Part shown: piece after piece, positions 13,801 to 25,834 of the stretch
Position numbering within the stretch: position 1 is the first letter of the stretch
Layout of the letters: each line of letters opens with the position of its first letter
Assembly: GCA_051362555.1 (NCBI GenBank)
Contig: CM120640.1
Coordinates: 14,818,001 to 14,882,000 of the forward strand
DNA from: Lingula anatina
Lineage: Eukaryota > Animalia > Brachiopoda
DNA length: 64,000 nucleotides
Direction of reading: 5' to 3'
Position numbers and translations under genes: made by a program
The notes under the pieces: generated by a model
Databases searched by the model: none
What the model saw: the letters and a program-made list of their open reading frames with translations, nothing else
Told to the model about the DNA's origin: nothing

Positions 13801-16800
13801 TTGCAAATTTTTGTTCCCTTTTATCTCCAAAACTGGCAGAGATAGGCCAATAGTTACTATTAAAGTTGAATAGGAAGTCATATACTGGCAATGTAAGTGT
13901 GACCTTGAAATTGACCTTTGACCTTCTTTTTTATCATGAACTAAACTCTGCTAATTTATTTCCCTTTTAACTCCATACCTGGCAGAGATAGTTCCATAGT
14001 TACTTCTGAAGTTGAATAGGAAGTTATATACTGGTAATCTTACTCTGATCTTGAAATTGACCTTTGACCTACTTTACACCTTAAACTGAACTTTGCAACT
14101 TTTTTAATGCTTATACTTTCAAAACTGGCAAAGATACGCCCATAGTTACTATTGAATTTGAATAGAAAGTCATTAGAGGCAATTTATTTTGACCTTAAAA
14201 TTGACCTTTGACCAACTTTTCACCAACTGAACTTTGCAAATTTTTGTTCCCTTTTATCTCCAAAACTGGCAGAGATAGGTCCATAGTTAATATCGAACTT
14301 GAATAGGAAGTCATATACTGGCAATCCTTTTATCTCCAAAACTGGCAGAGATAGGTCCAAAGTTACTATTGCACTTGAATAGGAAGTCATATACTGGCAA
14401 TCTAAGTGTGACCTTGAAATTGACCTTTGACCTACTTTTCATCATGAATTGAACTTTGTAAAATTTGGTTTCCTTTTATCTCCAAAACTGGCAGAGATAG
14501 GTCCATAGTTACTATTGAACTTGAATAGGAAGTCATATACTGGCAATTTACTGTGACCTTAAAATTGACCTTTGACCTACTTTTTATGATGAACTGAATT
14601 TTGATTGTACCATTTTTGGTTATATTTTTTTGCATATTTTGAGAATTCTTGTTAATTGCATTTTATAGAGCTTGTCAAGCACAAGACTGGTGGTGATGTC
14701 TCTTTTTTTTGGGGGGGCGGGGTCCATATGAATACACTTGCTCCAGCTGGTGGTACTATATCGGGAGGCGGTATCGCCTCTCTGATCCTCTAGTTTGTTG
14801 TTATTTTATGAATTGAAAACCAATGAAGAGTTTTGAAATGTATGCGAAACAAGTCTGATGAACTATCAGGTGATACATACGACACATATTACGTGATTAA
14901 CTTTAATCTCTCTCTAATGCATTACACAAACTGTTAACAAATGTGACATTCTCAGTGTTCCATCTCTGTCATTATATCAATGGCAGTTTCTCAATGTTCC
15001 ATCTCTGTCATTTTATTAAAGGCTATAAAATTATTTATTTTATAAAACATGTCCTACTTTAGGGTCCCCAATAAGAGCTATGCCCACAGAAAGCTTCCTT
15101 CTCTGTCCTCCACTGAGATCCTTGGCAAAGGTGTGCACCTGGTCTTCTAGGTCACACAAATCTAAAATTCTCTTCACCTGAAATATTTCATTTAGCCTAT
15201 TATTAAATCACATAACTATAAAAAACTGGTGGAAAGAATTTCATTTTTTCTCCAACAGAAGTTACATTTCAGACAAATAATGGGTTAAAACATTTTCTTC
15301 CCTGTGATATAACTAATTATATCATTATGTAGTATATAAATTTTTAATATTCCACATGTAGACAGAGAGCCAACATATCAGGGAGATATATTAAGTTGCT
15401 TAGCAACTGATTACAGATTTAACAATGGTTTTGACAGAAACAGGAGGTCACATACAATCTTAATGCTTAGGTTTCCCCACGTAACATACAGGGTTGACCT
15501 TGGCTTCTTTAGTAAGAGTCAAATACCCAGCATATTAACCCACTGGTACATGATTTAACAGGCCCGTAGCCAGAGGGGGGTTCAGGGGGTTTGAAAAAAC
15601 CACCCTTTTTGCTGGGAAAAGGTCCACACTGGGTAAAATTTGACCTATGTACTTGAGGATTTTATGGTAAAAGGTCCACTTTTTCAGAAAAAGAACCCCC
15701 CTCTGAAATTGCTAGCTACAGGCCTGTTTAACTTTTAAACACATCTTCATTCAAATAACCAACCTCTGACTCCACCAGGTCTTCATGAATTCCCTTCAGT
15801 CTGGCAAATATTTTCAGGTGTTCTTTGGCTGAGAGGTCATCAAATAAGATGTCGTGTTGGGGACATACTCCCAAGGACTGCTGAATACGTTCCAAATCAC
15901 TGTCCTCCTGAACATCCTGTAGGAGAGAAAATGACATGGTTCTGATGTATAAAGTTTTGAATTTAACAAAACAGACAGCAGTTTTATAAATAAATAAATA
16001 AATGAATAAATAAATACATATCATTCCAAATGCAAATTGAAAGATAATTTTTTAATTTTTATTGCAAAATTAACATCCTCTAGGGTCAGATATAGCTTCA
16101 GGTACTCATACTTACTTGACCAAAAATAGTACAAGCCCCATCTGAAGGTGACATTAGACCTGTCATCATGTTAATAACTGTGCTCTTCCCAGCTCCATTG
16201 TGCCCAAGTAAAGCTGTGATCTGACCTTCATACATATCCAAGGTCACTCCACTCACAGCATATGACTTCACAGATTCATATGAGCCAAAGAGACTCTTCT
16301 TCTTTCTTTTTTCCCTTTTCATAAAATATTTCTTGATGTTGTATAATCTGGTAAAAAAACATTATTCATAATTTGTCCCTCTCTGCAAATAAGTGAATGG
16401 ATGATGGTCTGGTCATCTTGTCAGATACTTCGAAGAAGTTACAACAAACATGTTTACTAAATCATTGTCTCTATCAACAGAGGGGGGGGGGGGGGGGGGG
16501 GGGGAGGGGCAAGGAGAAAGGAATACAAATAAGAATCCAATTCCTGCAAAACTTAGTCAAATTACAAATTTGTCTTAGGATGCAATCAAAATGGGATTTT
16601 CCAACAAAATCATTAAATAAATTTTTGATACAGTTAAGTGTTTAAAAATTCATTTTACTTCAAATACTCATAACACCAGTTCTGCCATAGACCTACTATA
16701 CTTGTTCTATACCTGATAGCCTTTTTATCTTCCATACTCTGGGGAACATTTTCTACATCATCCACAGTCTCAGCATCCAGTGTGTACTTGCTATAGTCCT

Positions 16801-19207
16801 TTGGTTCATGCCTTTCAGATGACCAATATGAACGTTTTAAGAAGAACAACATGCTTTTTCTTTTACCATACACATCTGTAATAATAAATGAAAGCTTTGA
16901 ATGAGAAATGAATCTGTGCATACAAACTTAAGACAATCAATTCTGGCCTTGAGTAACTTAAGACAATTAATCCCAGTCTTGAGTAATTTAAATTCACATT
17001 AACTGTAATAATCTATTCATCTATCACAGATTGCTATTTCTTTTTATGTCTGCTGAAAAATGAACAAATTGACAGAAAAAAACTCTGCTTACTTGGTACA
17101 ACATTGTTAAGCCAGGCTCCAAGCAGTGAATACAATATGATGTCTAAAAACAACATGAGATAAACATTGCCCAGAGCAAAGTTTTGAATGGTATTTGTGT
17201 AGTACATGGTAGATGTGTGGACTCCTCCAACTTTCAAATCAAGAAAAATGGCCTAAAATAAAAGTGACCAAGACTGAAAACAGAGCTGGCTGCATTTGCA
17301 AGATATGATCATCTTGTTTTCTGAACTTTGCAAGCAGGTGAGTGAAGAAAAGTGAAAATGTGAGCGGTGAGTTGACTATTCCCTGCATTTTCCAAAGCAT
17401 TCATTCAACTTTTAAGTTCATGAATTAAAGCAAATTCCTTCACTTAAAATCTCTACAAATGTGATAAAACATTTAGGCAAACTCATCAATTTCATACCTG
17501 GTCCATGCCAATGGCCACTGCAGTTGGCGGAAAAGTACAAAGAAACCATATCACTCCCAAAGGGACATTCTCCCCAAAAAACCTTGGCCCTTGCACTACA
17601 TAAAAGAGTGCCCCCATCACCATCACTGAGAAAAAAATCAAGAGTCCAGACAACGTGTCATTGGTGAAGAAGGTACTCAAGCTGTACACAAGGCTATAGG
17701 TGGCATAGATGTAGAGCAGCATAAGGAGGACAATCAGGCCATAGTTGCTAACTGTGAACACTGTCCCAATAAAGAGGATCCCAGCCACGATGAAAGCCAT
17801 GACGGTCGAGACAACACCATAAACCACAGTCCAGGAAAACCTAACAAATAAGAAGTCGTACTTCTGACAGGGTCATATTTCATATAAAGCATGTTAAACA
17901 GTGTTACTATAAGTCTTAATAATCATAGGTATTTATGAATAATTAGAACTACTCTCTGTACATGAAATTGTTGCAACAAGTAAACCTATTTTCTTGTATC
18001 TGCAATCCTTAGCTAAAACAATATGTGAAATGTTACAGATTTAAATTTACATACCAATATGAAAATTCTTTCATTCCCATTAATTTCATAGGTTCCTTCA
18101 ATTTTTTCTTTTTCTCTGTGACTAGTTGCTTTTGAAAGTCTACTATGGCTGATGCAAAGGTGACTACAATCCAAACTGACACTAAACCCTACATAAAGAG
18201 AAAAAAGTACTTATATAGAGCCTGTGTATAAGTAATACAAACAATTTTCTAATTAAACAATTTTCCACTTTTAAATGTAAAAAAAAAATTATACTTCTAC
18301 AAATGCAGATTAACAACACTGAAATACAATTAACATTTGATGTGTCACAGTGATAGTAATTATTTATAAGAAAAGCTGTGATTGGCCTACCTGTAGCCAG
18401 TCAGCTGTAGGCTCATATCTGGCCTTGGGCATCATTTCAACTGATATGTCTGGAACAACAAATGTACTCAGGTTGGCTTTCCTCTGTAAAAAAAGTGACA
18501 AATATTGTTTAACATGACTTTAAATAGCTATTTCAAAGATTCTAAGTAGTGAAAACAGGAAAGCTACTACTGGGAGGTATTGTTTTAAAATCAAATGGCT
18601 ATTCCCTCAAGTAAGTGTCAATACAACATTACATGGATATATATTAATGATATAATTTAGGAAACCATTCTTTGATGTCGCCCACTGGTCCACAGCCCAT
18701 GACCAGAAAAATTTGTTTGGACCAGTTAAATTTTCGATATGTGTGAATTTCGTGTTTCGACATGGCCATTAGATTTTTCTGTAAGTATTCAAGAGTTTTT
18801 GGTTTGATTTTATTCTTATCTGAAATGAAAATGCTACATGATGTTTAAAAAAAAAAGACAAAATCAAGATTTTGTGATTACTTATTTCTATGTAAAAGGA
18901 AAAAATGCCCAGTCTTACTGAAATTGTTATTTGGACCAATGAATCAGGATTCAGACCAGTAGAGTTAAGGAAATTGGTGGTCCGAATAGCCAGTAAGCTG
19001 AAAACTTTATGGCACAGACTGAGACTTTCAAATACATAGTCACTTAATCCCAAGTCCTCTCATGCATTCTTATCGGTAAACATACTTTTAAAATGGCACT
19101 GTCTACAGCAACTTGCAAAGTGGCAAATCCTGACCACAGGTACTGGTTGGCAGGGCAGTTGTACCGACCAGTTCTACAGTATGTACCTGGGAATATCACA
19201 TATTAAA

Positions 19208-19247
<40 letters not shown>

Positions 19248-20806
19248 ATTTCATAAAACCCCACTACACTTGTGTCTCAGCACTGTTTACACTTACATAT
19301 AAAAACTAAAACTACAAAGATTAATTAAAAACTAACATAAAAGTAATAGGGAGCTTATCTTTAACACAGTCATTGTAAAACTTTACATCTTATTTCATTT
19401 TTACTATACCATTTTTAATCACTCTCCACGAAAAATGCACACGGTTCTGCTCTGCATTGTTTTATATCTGACATACATGCATTATGTCAATGTTTCACAT
19501 GTGTCATAAACATACACTGTTCACATTCAGTATAGCTTTTTTTTGTGGTTGGGCAAAATATCTTAATTACCTGGTCCCTGAATAGGCGGGCTTGGACTTC
19601 TTGCATCCTCACTTTCATCAATTCCATCACTTGGGGTATCTTTGTATGCAACACGGATCTTGTACGAGCCATTAGACAGGTCTGCATTTTCAAACACAAC
19701 AGCAATGGAGTAATATGAGCTGTTCTCCCGGAATTCTGTGATCATATCGTTTTCAGTATCAAACATTTGGAATGGAGGGTTTGCTAGAATTATAAAGATA
19801 AAATTGACTTTGAAGAAATAACACAGTTATGAAAGTTTTAAAAAGATCACAATTATTTACTACTTTCCATTCTTTGAAGCATCATACTTTTTTACCAATT
19901 AATTAATAAATCATTTAATGAGCATTTCAAGTAGATAAGTTTATTTTGTGGGGTTTTTTATTGTGAGTTAATATTGCTTATATATAAGCTATTCAAAATT
20001 AAACATAGTTAAACGTTAAACTAAATATACAAATACCACATCAAACAAAATATGACATTCTTTAACCATATGCATTCTGTCATAATCTAAACCAATACTA
20101 GTACTATCAAGTCTTTGCCAAAGAAATATTAAAAAGGTTTCAAGATTTACTGGCTAACTGCAGAAAGAGTTGCCACAATATGACCAAATTTACAAACCTC
20201 TACTGACCAACCTGCACTGAAATTTGGCACTGAAACCAAGGGAGCATTCCCAAAAACCCATCGTACTAGCTGGACCTATCTAACTTTGCAGGGATGCTTG
20301 CTAAACTGCACTCAATATAAGCAGCTAAAATGTCTGGCATGCCTACTCAAGCTGCTAGGGGGTCATCAATGACAGTCAATTACCCCTTTGTTAGTAAAGG
20401 GGGTGTGCCATGCAATTAAGCTGATCACACTGAAAGCACTTAAATGAGAAGCACTACAGAGTTAGATTAATCCAGCTAGTATGATGGGTTTCTGGGAATG
20501 CAGTCTAAACATCAACAAAGAGGCACAGTTATCAGCTCATCAGCAGCACAATGTGAAATAAATCAAATACCTGTGATATTAAGAGAACTGGTGGCATCAT
20601 TCATTATCTCCTGAATAACACTGGACTTAGGGACAACCATGATGGATCTTGAGGATGGTGGATAGAACTGGTTTTGAAACAGTTGATTTTCATCAAATTT
20701 TTCTATTGCTGGCCAAGGAGTTACTGGCACAGAAAGCTTCAATACTGCTGTGACTGCAATTAGAGCCACTGGTAGAAAGATTTCCTGAAGAAAGAAAGCA
20801 CAAAAA

Positions 20807-20845
<39 letters not shown>

Positions 20846-21666
20846 AATAATTGTTGAAATAAGTAAATGATCATTTGTCACTTACTACTAAGTAACTGAA
20901 TTTTTGTTATAACAACAACTGCAAGAATAGACATTCTATGTTTGTTTTTTTTTTTCCTTTTAATTGTGAATTTTATATTTTTGTTAAGTCTATTAAACTA
21001 GCATACATTGGATTTTAGACTATAATTAAATAGACATTAATATTATTATTATTATTAAAATAATTCTTTTTTGTGATAAAATAATGCTGGGGAGGGGGGA
21101 ACACAGAACTCCCTCCAGTAAAAGTGATAATCCCCTCTCCCCCCCCCCCCACCTAAAAAAATAAAATAAAATAATAATAATAATAATAAAGTCTATAACA
21201 AGCAGAACAGTATTTTTAATTATTATAAACCATATCAAGCATCTCTTTTCTTTTTTCAACTATTTTAATTCTTTCTTTAAATTTTATGCAACAGAATGCA
21301 AAATATAATAATAACAATATATAATAAGCGGGGGAGAGTCTCTACATAAAAGTACACAGTACCTCCTTCATGCAGGGTCATCTTGACCTGCACGTGTAGG
21401 ATCTACCTCCTTGGCTTGACTCAAGGCCCAAAGGATCAATGTTTACGTAAAACATAATATTACAAAATCCAAACGCCTTAGCTACCAATTGATAGACAGA
21501 GCAACTGCTTACCATGACAATTATTATACTAAGAAAGTGCATTTCTGGGAGACTAGAGAATAGAACTACCTACCGTCAAGAAAAAAACGACCCAGTTCCT
21601 TCTCTTGATGAGAATATTCCTGGTCACCAGGGCCTTGATTTGTTGTACGTAGGTTGATCCAGACAT
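1852..21666 (-). CDS. ABC transporter subfamily A, full-length (ABCA5-like), ~31 coding exons
   Basis: Exon 1 21574-21666 [23 protein letters not shown]; exon 2 EIFLPV; [14 protein letters not shown] motif (~18053-18189). NBD1: Walker [10 protein letters not shown] (~16200), [23 protein letters not shown] (~15100), [11 protein letters not shown] and TTHFMDEAD (12497-12634). NBD2: GHNGAGKST (~6060), LSGGTKRK (~5110), [10 protein letters not shown] (~4690), TTHAMEEAD (~4045), [10 protein letters not shown]|VFVAFARQ, stop TGA at 1852-1854. Exons join in frame at GT-AG sites, with one GC-AG intron. Orthology within ABCA is not established. Confidence 0.95.
4358..4620. repeat. Degenerate repeat rich in TTGCAGCAA/TGCAAA motifs, possibly a CMC-type MITE relic
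   Basis: Many direct and inverted TGCAA-type motifs; ends TAGCAAA.. / ..TTTGCTAAGGG. Confidence 0.35.
9460..9895 (+). mobile_element. hAT-like MITE family A, copy 1 (CAGTCT..AGACTG termini)
   Basis: Homologous to the reverse complement of 18667-19021 (CAGTCTGTGCCAT..TTTTCAGCTTA..AATTTCAG(C/T)AAGACTGG); flanks ATCTGA/ATCTGG are a possible 6-bp TSD. Confidence 0.65.
9521..9650 (+). repeat. Perfect 20-bp minisatellite (CTGGTTCAAACCAGGATTTA) x6.5
   Basis: Identical units directly visible. Confidence 0.98.
12721..14793 (+). mobile_element. Helentron-associated non-autonomous element (HINE/DINE-1-like) with internal ~145-bp tandem array, copy 1 (ABCA intron)
   Basis: 5' subterminal IR TAGTACCACCAGC folding with adjacent GCTGGCGGTACT; 3' complement GCTGGTGGTACTA 14746-14758; 3' hairpin GAGGCGGTATCGCCTC; terminal CTAG followed by TTT; homologous copy at 40846-42734. 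Confidence 0.85.
13505..14600 (+). repeat. ~145-bp tandem array (~7 units plus a partial unit) inside HINE copy 1
   Basis: Anchor GAATAG(G/A)AAG recurs at 13578, 13724, 13868, 14014, 14160, 14301, 14377, 14523. Confidence 0.9.
15559..15726 (+). mobile_element. MITE family B, copy 1 (CAGGCC..GGCCTG, hAT-like)
   Basis: TIR CAGGCCCGTAGCCAG / CTAGCTACAGGCCTG; TTTAA on both flanks (5-bp TSD); second copy at 37180-37338. Confidence 0.8.
18667..19021 (-). mobile_element. hAT-like MITE family A, copy 2
   Basis: Ends in GGCACAGACTG; colinear similarity to 9460-9895 without the minisatellite; left end degraded. Confidence 0.6.
19209..19246. repeat. (TAA)n microsatellite
   Basis: Direct reading. Confidence 0.95.
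20240..20505. mobile_element. MITE with ~50-bp TIRs, PIF/Harbinger-like
   Basis: GCATTCCCAAAAACCCATCGTACTAGCTGGA..TCTAACT versus AGTTAGA..TCCAGCTAGTATGATGGGTTTCTGGGAATGC; flanks CAA/TAA fit a decayed 3-bp TSD. Confidence 0.75.
20804..20845. repeat. (AAAT)n microsatellite
   Basis: Direct reading; a similar tract lies at ~42731-42770. Confidence 0.95.
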
Positions 21667-22435
21667 GATGGACCCAAACCAATTGCTTTCAAACCATGTG
21701 GTTGCGCAAAACAAACCCTTCCCTTATATATCTACTGATATTGTGAAATTCTGCATTTCAAAACAGTACGCTTATGTCAAACCTTTTTTCTTTACTATGG
21801 TAGGTTCAAAGTTGAAACCCCATAAATTGATGACGTCACAGCACATTTACACACGATGCAACATCACACGTGCGAGCCCAACAGGCGCTGTCAAAACACT
21901 GTGAACTCTTGTTCTTGGTGTGATTTGTGAACACGCGTGGCTTCTTTCAAAATTGTTGGCGACAAGCTAAAAGAAAAGGCCGGCAGTAACATCTTAATAT
22001 AGCGTAACCGATGTCATGAACTAAGGCCTCGAGTGTCGAGCCGCTGAAGTACCAGCAGTACTCAGTACGGCCTGTACTATAGCGAGGAGTACAGATGCAG
22101 TACCTCTGAATTTGTATTAGCAGGTGTGTCAATGTGAAAAAACACATGAAATATGTTTTGTAGGATATTGTAACATAAATATAATTACGTTATCATAACA
22201 ACTCGCTAGACTTAACCATGTGTACCATAAAGCACAAAACTGTTCAGTGTAAATACCAGTAGCTTTTTGCTCAGATTACATTTACTAATGTAACATGCAA
22301 GTACTGGCGCAGAGTACGTCCTTGTCATTAATCATTAATTTAATGCTCTCTCATGCTCTCTCATTTTACTTTAAACAAACAGTGTTTCTCTCTCACTCAC
22401 GATCAGGCCATTAATGCCATGTATACTAGAGCCCA
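21667..22435. promoter_or_regulatory. Bidirectional promoter/5' UTR region shared by ABCA and GNB1L
   Basis: Divergent ATGs 770 bp apart; CpG-rich relative to flanks; full CRE TGACGTCA 21831-21838; E-box CACGTG 21867-21872. Confidence 0.6.
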
Positions 22436-23794
22436 ATGAGCCGTCCAGCGCCAGATCCCAGCTACATTCTCCGTGGTGCCCACAGTGAGGTGACCAGCCT
22501 GACATTTACCCATGCTGCAGAAAGCAGGGAAACTTCCCCAGCGGGGCTCATCTCCGGCACCCTCACTGGTACCATTCAGATGTGGGACTGGACCACAAAG
22601 AGAATCATAAAGACTGTAGAGGCACACAAAGGGGAGAGCGTATTATGGCTAGCCAACTCTGGGAACGGGAGACTGCTTAGTCAAGGAAGAGACGGGAGGC
22701 TCGTATTGTGGGATTGCAGTGGTGAAGACTGGAGACAGCTTGGTGAGATGTGTAAAATGATAATGATAATGATTGATTAATTTAGATTTATAAATATCTA
22801 TAGCCAAAAAATTTGAAGTTTTACGCTTGAAGTGTAAATACAATTTAGATATTTTAAAACCTGAGATCCAAATAAATAATTAAAATTTAAAAGAAATTTT
22901 AAAATACATCAATAGTTACCAGTACAGTGGCTAAACACTAATGCTCTTGTCCATGAATTCACACATTGTTTTATGGTGTATACTACTTAAATTTGATAAT
23001 ATTGATTTATGTGTCTATATTATTGTTATTATATTTTTAAAGAGAACATCATCTTTTGAAAAGAAAAAGAGATTTTTTAATCTTGGAAAAATAAACCAAT
23101 CCAATATAGTAACGTACAGTTAATCGAATGCATTTCTTTCACAGGATGGGTACCATGTGCAACATTAGGATTCTGTAGAGCAAGTTTACTGAATAAAAAT
23201 CCAGATATCCTGGCCGTACCATCTCCTGTGCAGGGTGAAATCAGTGTAATTAGTATCCCTTCACTACAGATATTACACACGATGAAAGTACAGAAAACTC
23301 AGGGAATGTGCATGTCTCTGAAACTGACGACCTGTCAGTCAGAGAAGGACACACTTTTGATTGGTGGCTTTGAAAATGGGTCACTGGCGTTATGGCAAAT
23401 TGGTGGCCACGATGTTCTGCACAGTCTGGCATTGCATGAAGAATCTGTGATGGCTTTGGACTATAATTCTATAGTCAACAAAGGAATATCAGGATCTGTG
23501 GACACAAAGATTCAAGCGTGGACAATTTCAGAGGAGTTAAAGATACAAAGTATAAAAGAGATATCAATAACCAACGCTGGAGTCAGTAGTGTGACAATAA
23601 GAGAAGACGGGAAAATTTTTATCACAGGGGGTTGGGATCACCAAGTGAGAGTATTTGGCATGAAGAAATTGAATGCATTAGCAGTGCTGAATTATCACAG
23701 TGCCACCATTAATTGTACAGTTTTCTCTAAGGATAACACCATTGCTGCTGGTTCTAAAGACAGGCTCATCACTGTTTGGGATGTTTACAAATGA
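22436..23794 (+). CDS. GNB1L: GNB1L / WDR14-like WD40 protein; 2 coding exons (22436-22742, 23145-23794), 318 aa
   Basis: N-terminus PAPDPSYILRG resembles GNB1L PPPDPQFVLRG; LLSQGRDG, GFCR, GMCMSLKL, GFENGSLALW, IREDGKIFITGGWDHQVRVF, LAVLNYH, AAGSKDRLITVWDVY. The phase-1 GT-AG intron joins in frame. Confidence 0.9.
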
Positions 23795-25834
23795 TAATAG
23801 ATTTTTTTCTGTCTGCATATATGTGATATAGTACTTTTTTAACTTTTGGAAACCTAAAGAAGTGTCATATATAATAAACCTCTCGAGTTTTAGCTATCTC
23901 CTCCCTTATTATTAGTCTTCTGATTTGTCCTTGTCGTCATTGCTGTTGTCCACTCAATACCCATGGCTGTGTTTGACACAATTTTTTACATTTTTAAATC
24001 TTGAATTTATCTCAATCATTTCATCATGCTTCTTTGGTGGGATACAACTCTTTTTCAATGGTATGTCATGTCTCCACTGTGAAGCCTCGTTGTCCATGTA
24101 CCCAGTTCTGCAGAACAAAAATGTATTTTAAAAAAATTTGTTCTTTTGAAATTAAACTACTTTCACACTGAATGTCCTGAATGCATGATTTGGCACTAGA
24201 CAGTGATACTTGTTTACAGACAAAGGGTTGCAGTACAGGTGCAAAATGCCCCTTGAAACTCGTTGAGATTTTTGTTTCTTTCTCTTAAATGTACAATACA
24301 AACTTTACTTTATTTGTTAACTGAAAACAATGTATACAAACACATTATCCAGATGAATGTTTATTACCCAATTCGTGTAAGAACTAATTTTCTCAAATGA
24401 GACTTTAAAATGTGTTTCCATGTGCATGACTCCCATAATAATCGTACTGCTTGGTAGTTTATAGGTTAGTCATCTTGCTGTCATAATTATATAACCAATT
24501 TGAATTTATGAACGAGCCACATGGATTTGATCATATAAAGTATACCGACATCTTATTAAGTAAGGGATTGTTACACATTTTTAAAAATAAAGCGAAATGC
24601 TTCAATAAATTATTTTGTTTAAAAAAAATGCCTGCTCCCCGCCCCTCTTCGATAACTGTTTCTGGATCTACCTGTCCGTGCGTCATGCCATTATTTCCAA
24701 TTAAAACTGCTTGTACAATGATAAAAGTAGAGGAACGAAGATTTTTATCGGAAAATCGTTTTTTCAAAGTATTTTTTATTTAATTTTTGTATGTGCCAAC
24801 CCAGCCTGACTGTTTGTGGTATTTAACGTGGTGATCGGCTTAGTCATTTGGCGATTCTCATTTTGGCCGCTTGGAAGACGTAGCTCGGAAAAAATATATA
24901 AGTAAAATTCTTTTTTTAAGAATGGCAGAAGTTCGTCACTTGCCCATGATTCCCCGAATTTAAAACTTGTTTTTGCTAATATAAGCTACTTCTTTTCTCT
25001 TTTTTTTCAACTTATATCTCAAAGATGACGAATTGTTCATATTAACTTAGTGCATCGCATGACATTTTGTTTTAAACATTGAAAAAGAAACTTTTCTTGA
25101 TAGTTTCTATTAAATGTTACGCTGTATGTTTTATCTTGTACACCCTTACGTAACCTATGGTAAATGTTCTAGATTGATAATCGTTATAAGAAGGCTATGG
25201 GCAATGACGAAATTTTTCAAAGGTCTACAAAGTGGAAATGAAAGTGTAAATGAAATAACGAAGAGAAAAAAAGGCTTTCTTTACAAATTAATCTAACCAA
25301 TCACTCAATTTGCCATCGCATATCCTAGACTGTGCAATTTTTTATATCCTACTGGCACTGCAATTAAGATTATTCCTGTAGCAATCCAATCGATCGTTCA
25401 ATAATAGGACATTATTTTCCTAACGGTTAGACCCCAAAACGCGCCAAACTACAGGTAGGCCTGGTGGTGACTCATTTTATCCATAATCACCTTAATTGTC
25501 GCCTGTATCCAGGTCAGAACAGCGCAGTGAGTCGGGTCACAGCTACAGGTGCTTTCTGTATGTAAACAGGTATAAAGTGGGCCAACGGGGCTACCAAGGT
25601 AGGGTGAAATCTCTATTGAGAAGGGTGCCCAAGATAACCAGCAGGTCCTGCTTGTATTAATAACCTTCAAAACAACTGGCAGAGTTACCTTCGAAGTGCA
25701 TATACTATCCAGAGTATCGCGTAGGCCCCACATCATAGCATATAGGATCAACATAAAGACGTATCGCTACATCTGAGCATCAGTGTAAAGTTGTGACACC
25801 AAGGCTCCTGAGGCGGTGGACGTAAATTTTGAAG

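Noticed and set aside
13505-14600. Regularly spaced repeats as CRISPR, and the ORFs within them
   Set aside because: Whole units are homologous (satellite-like) with no unique spacers; the ORFs are repeat-derived.
14843-14880. CGAAAC..GTCTGATGA hammerhead-like motifs
   Set aside because: The spacing leaves no room for stems I and III.
16482-16510. Long poly-G run as a functional G-quadruplex
   Set aside because: G/C homopolymers occur throughout the introns here; nothing specific.
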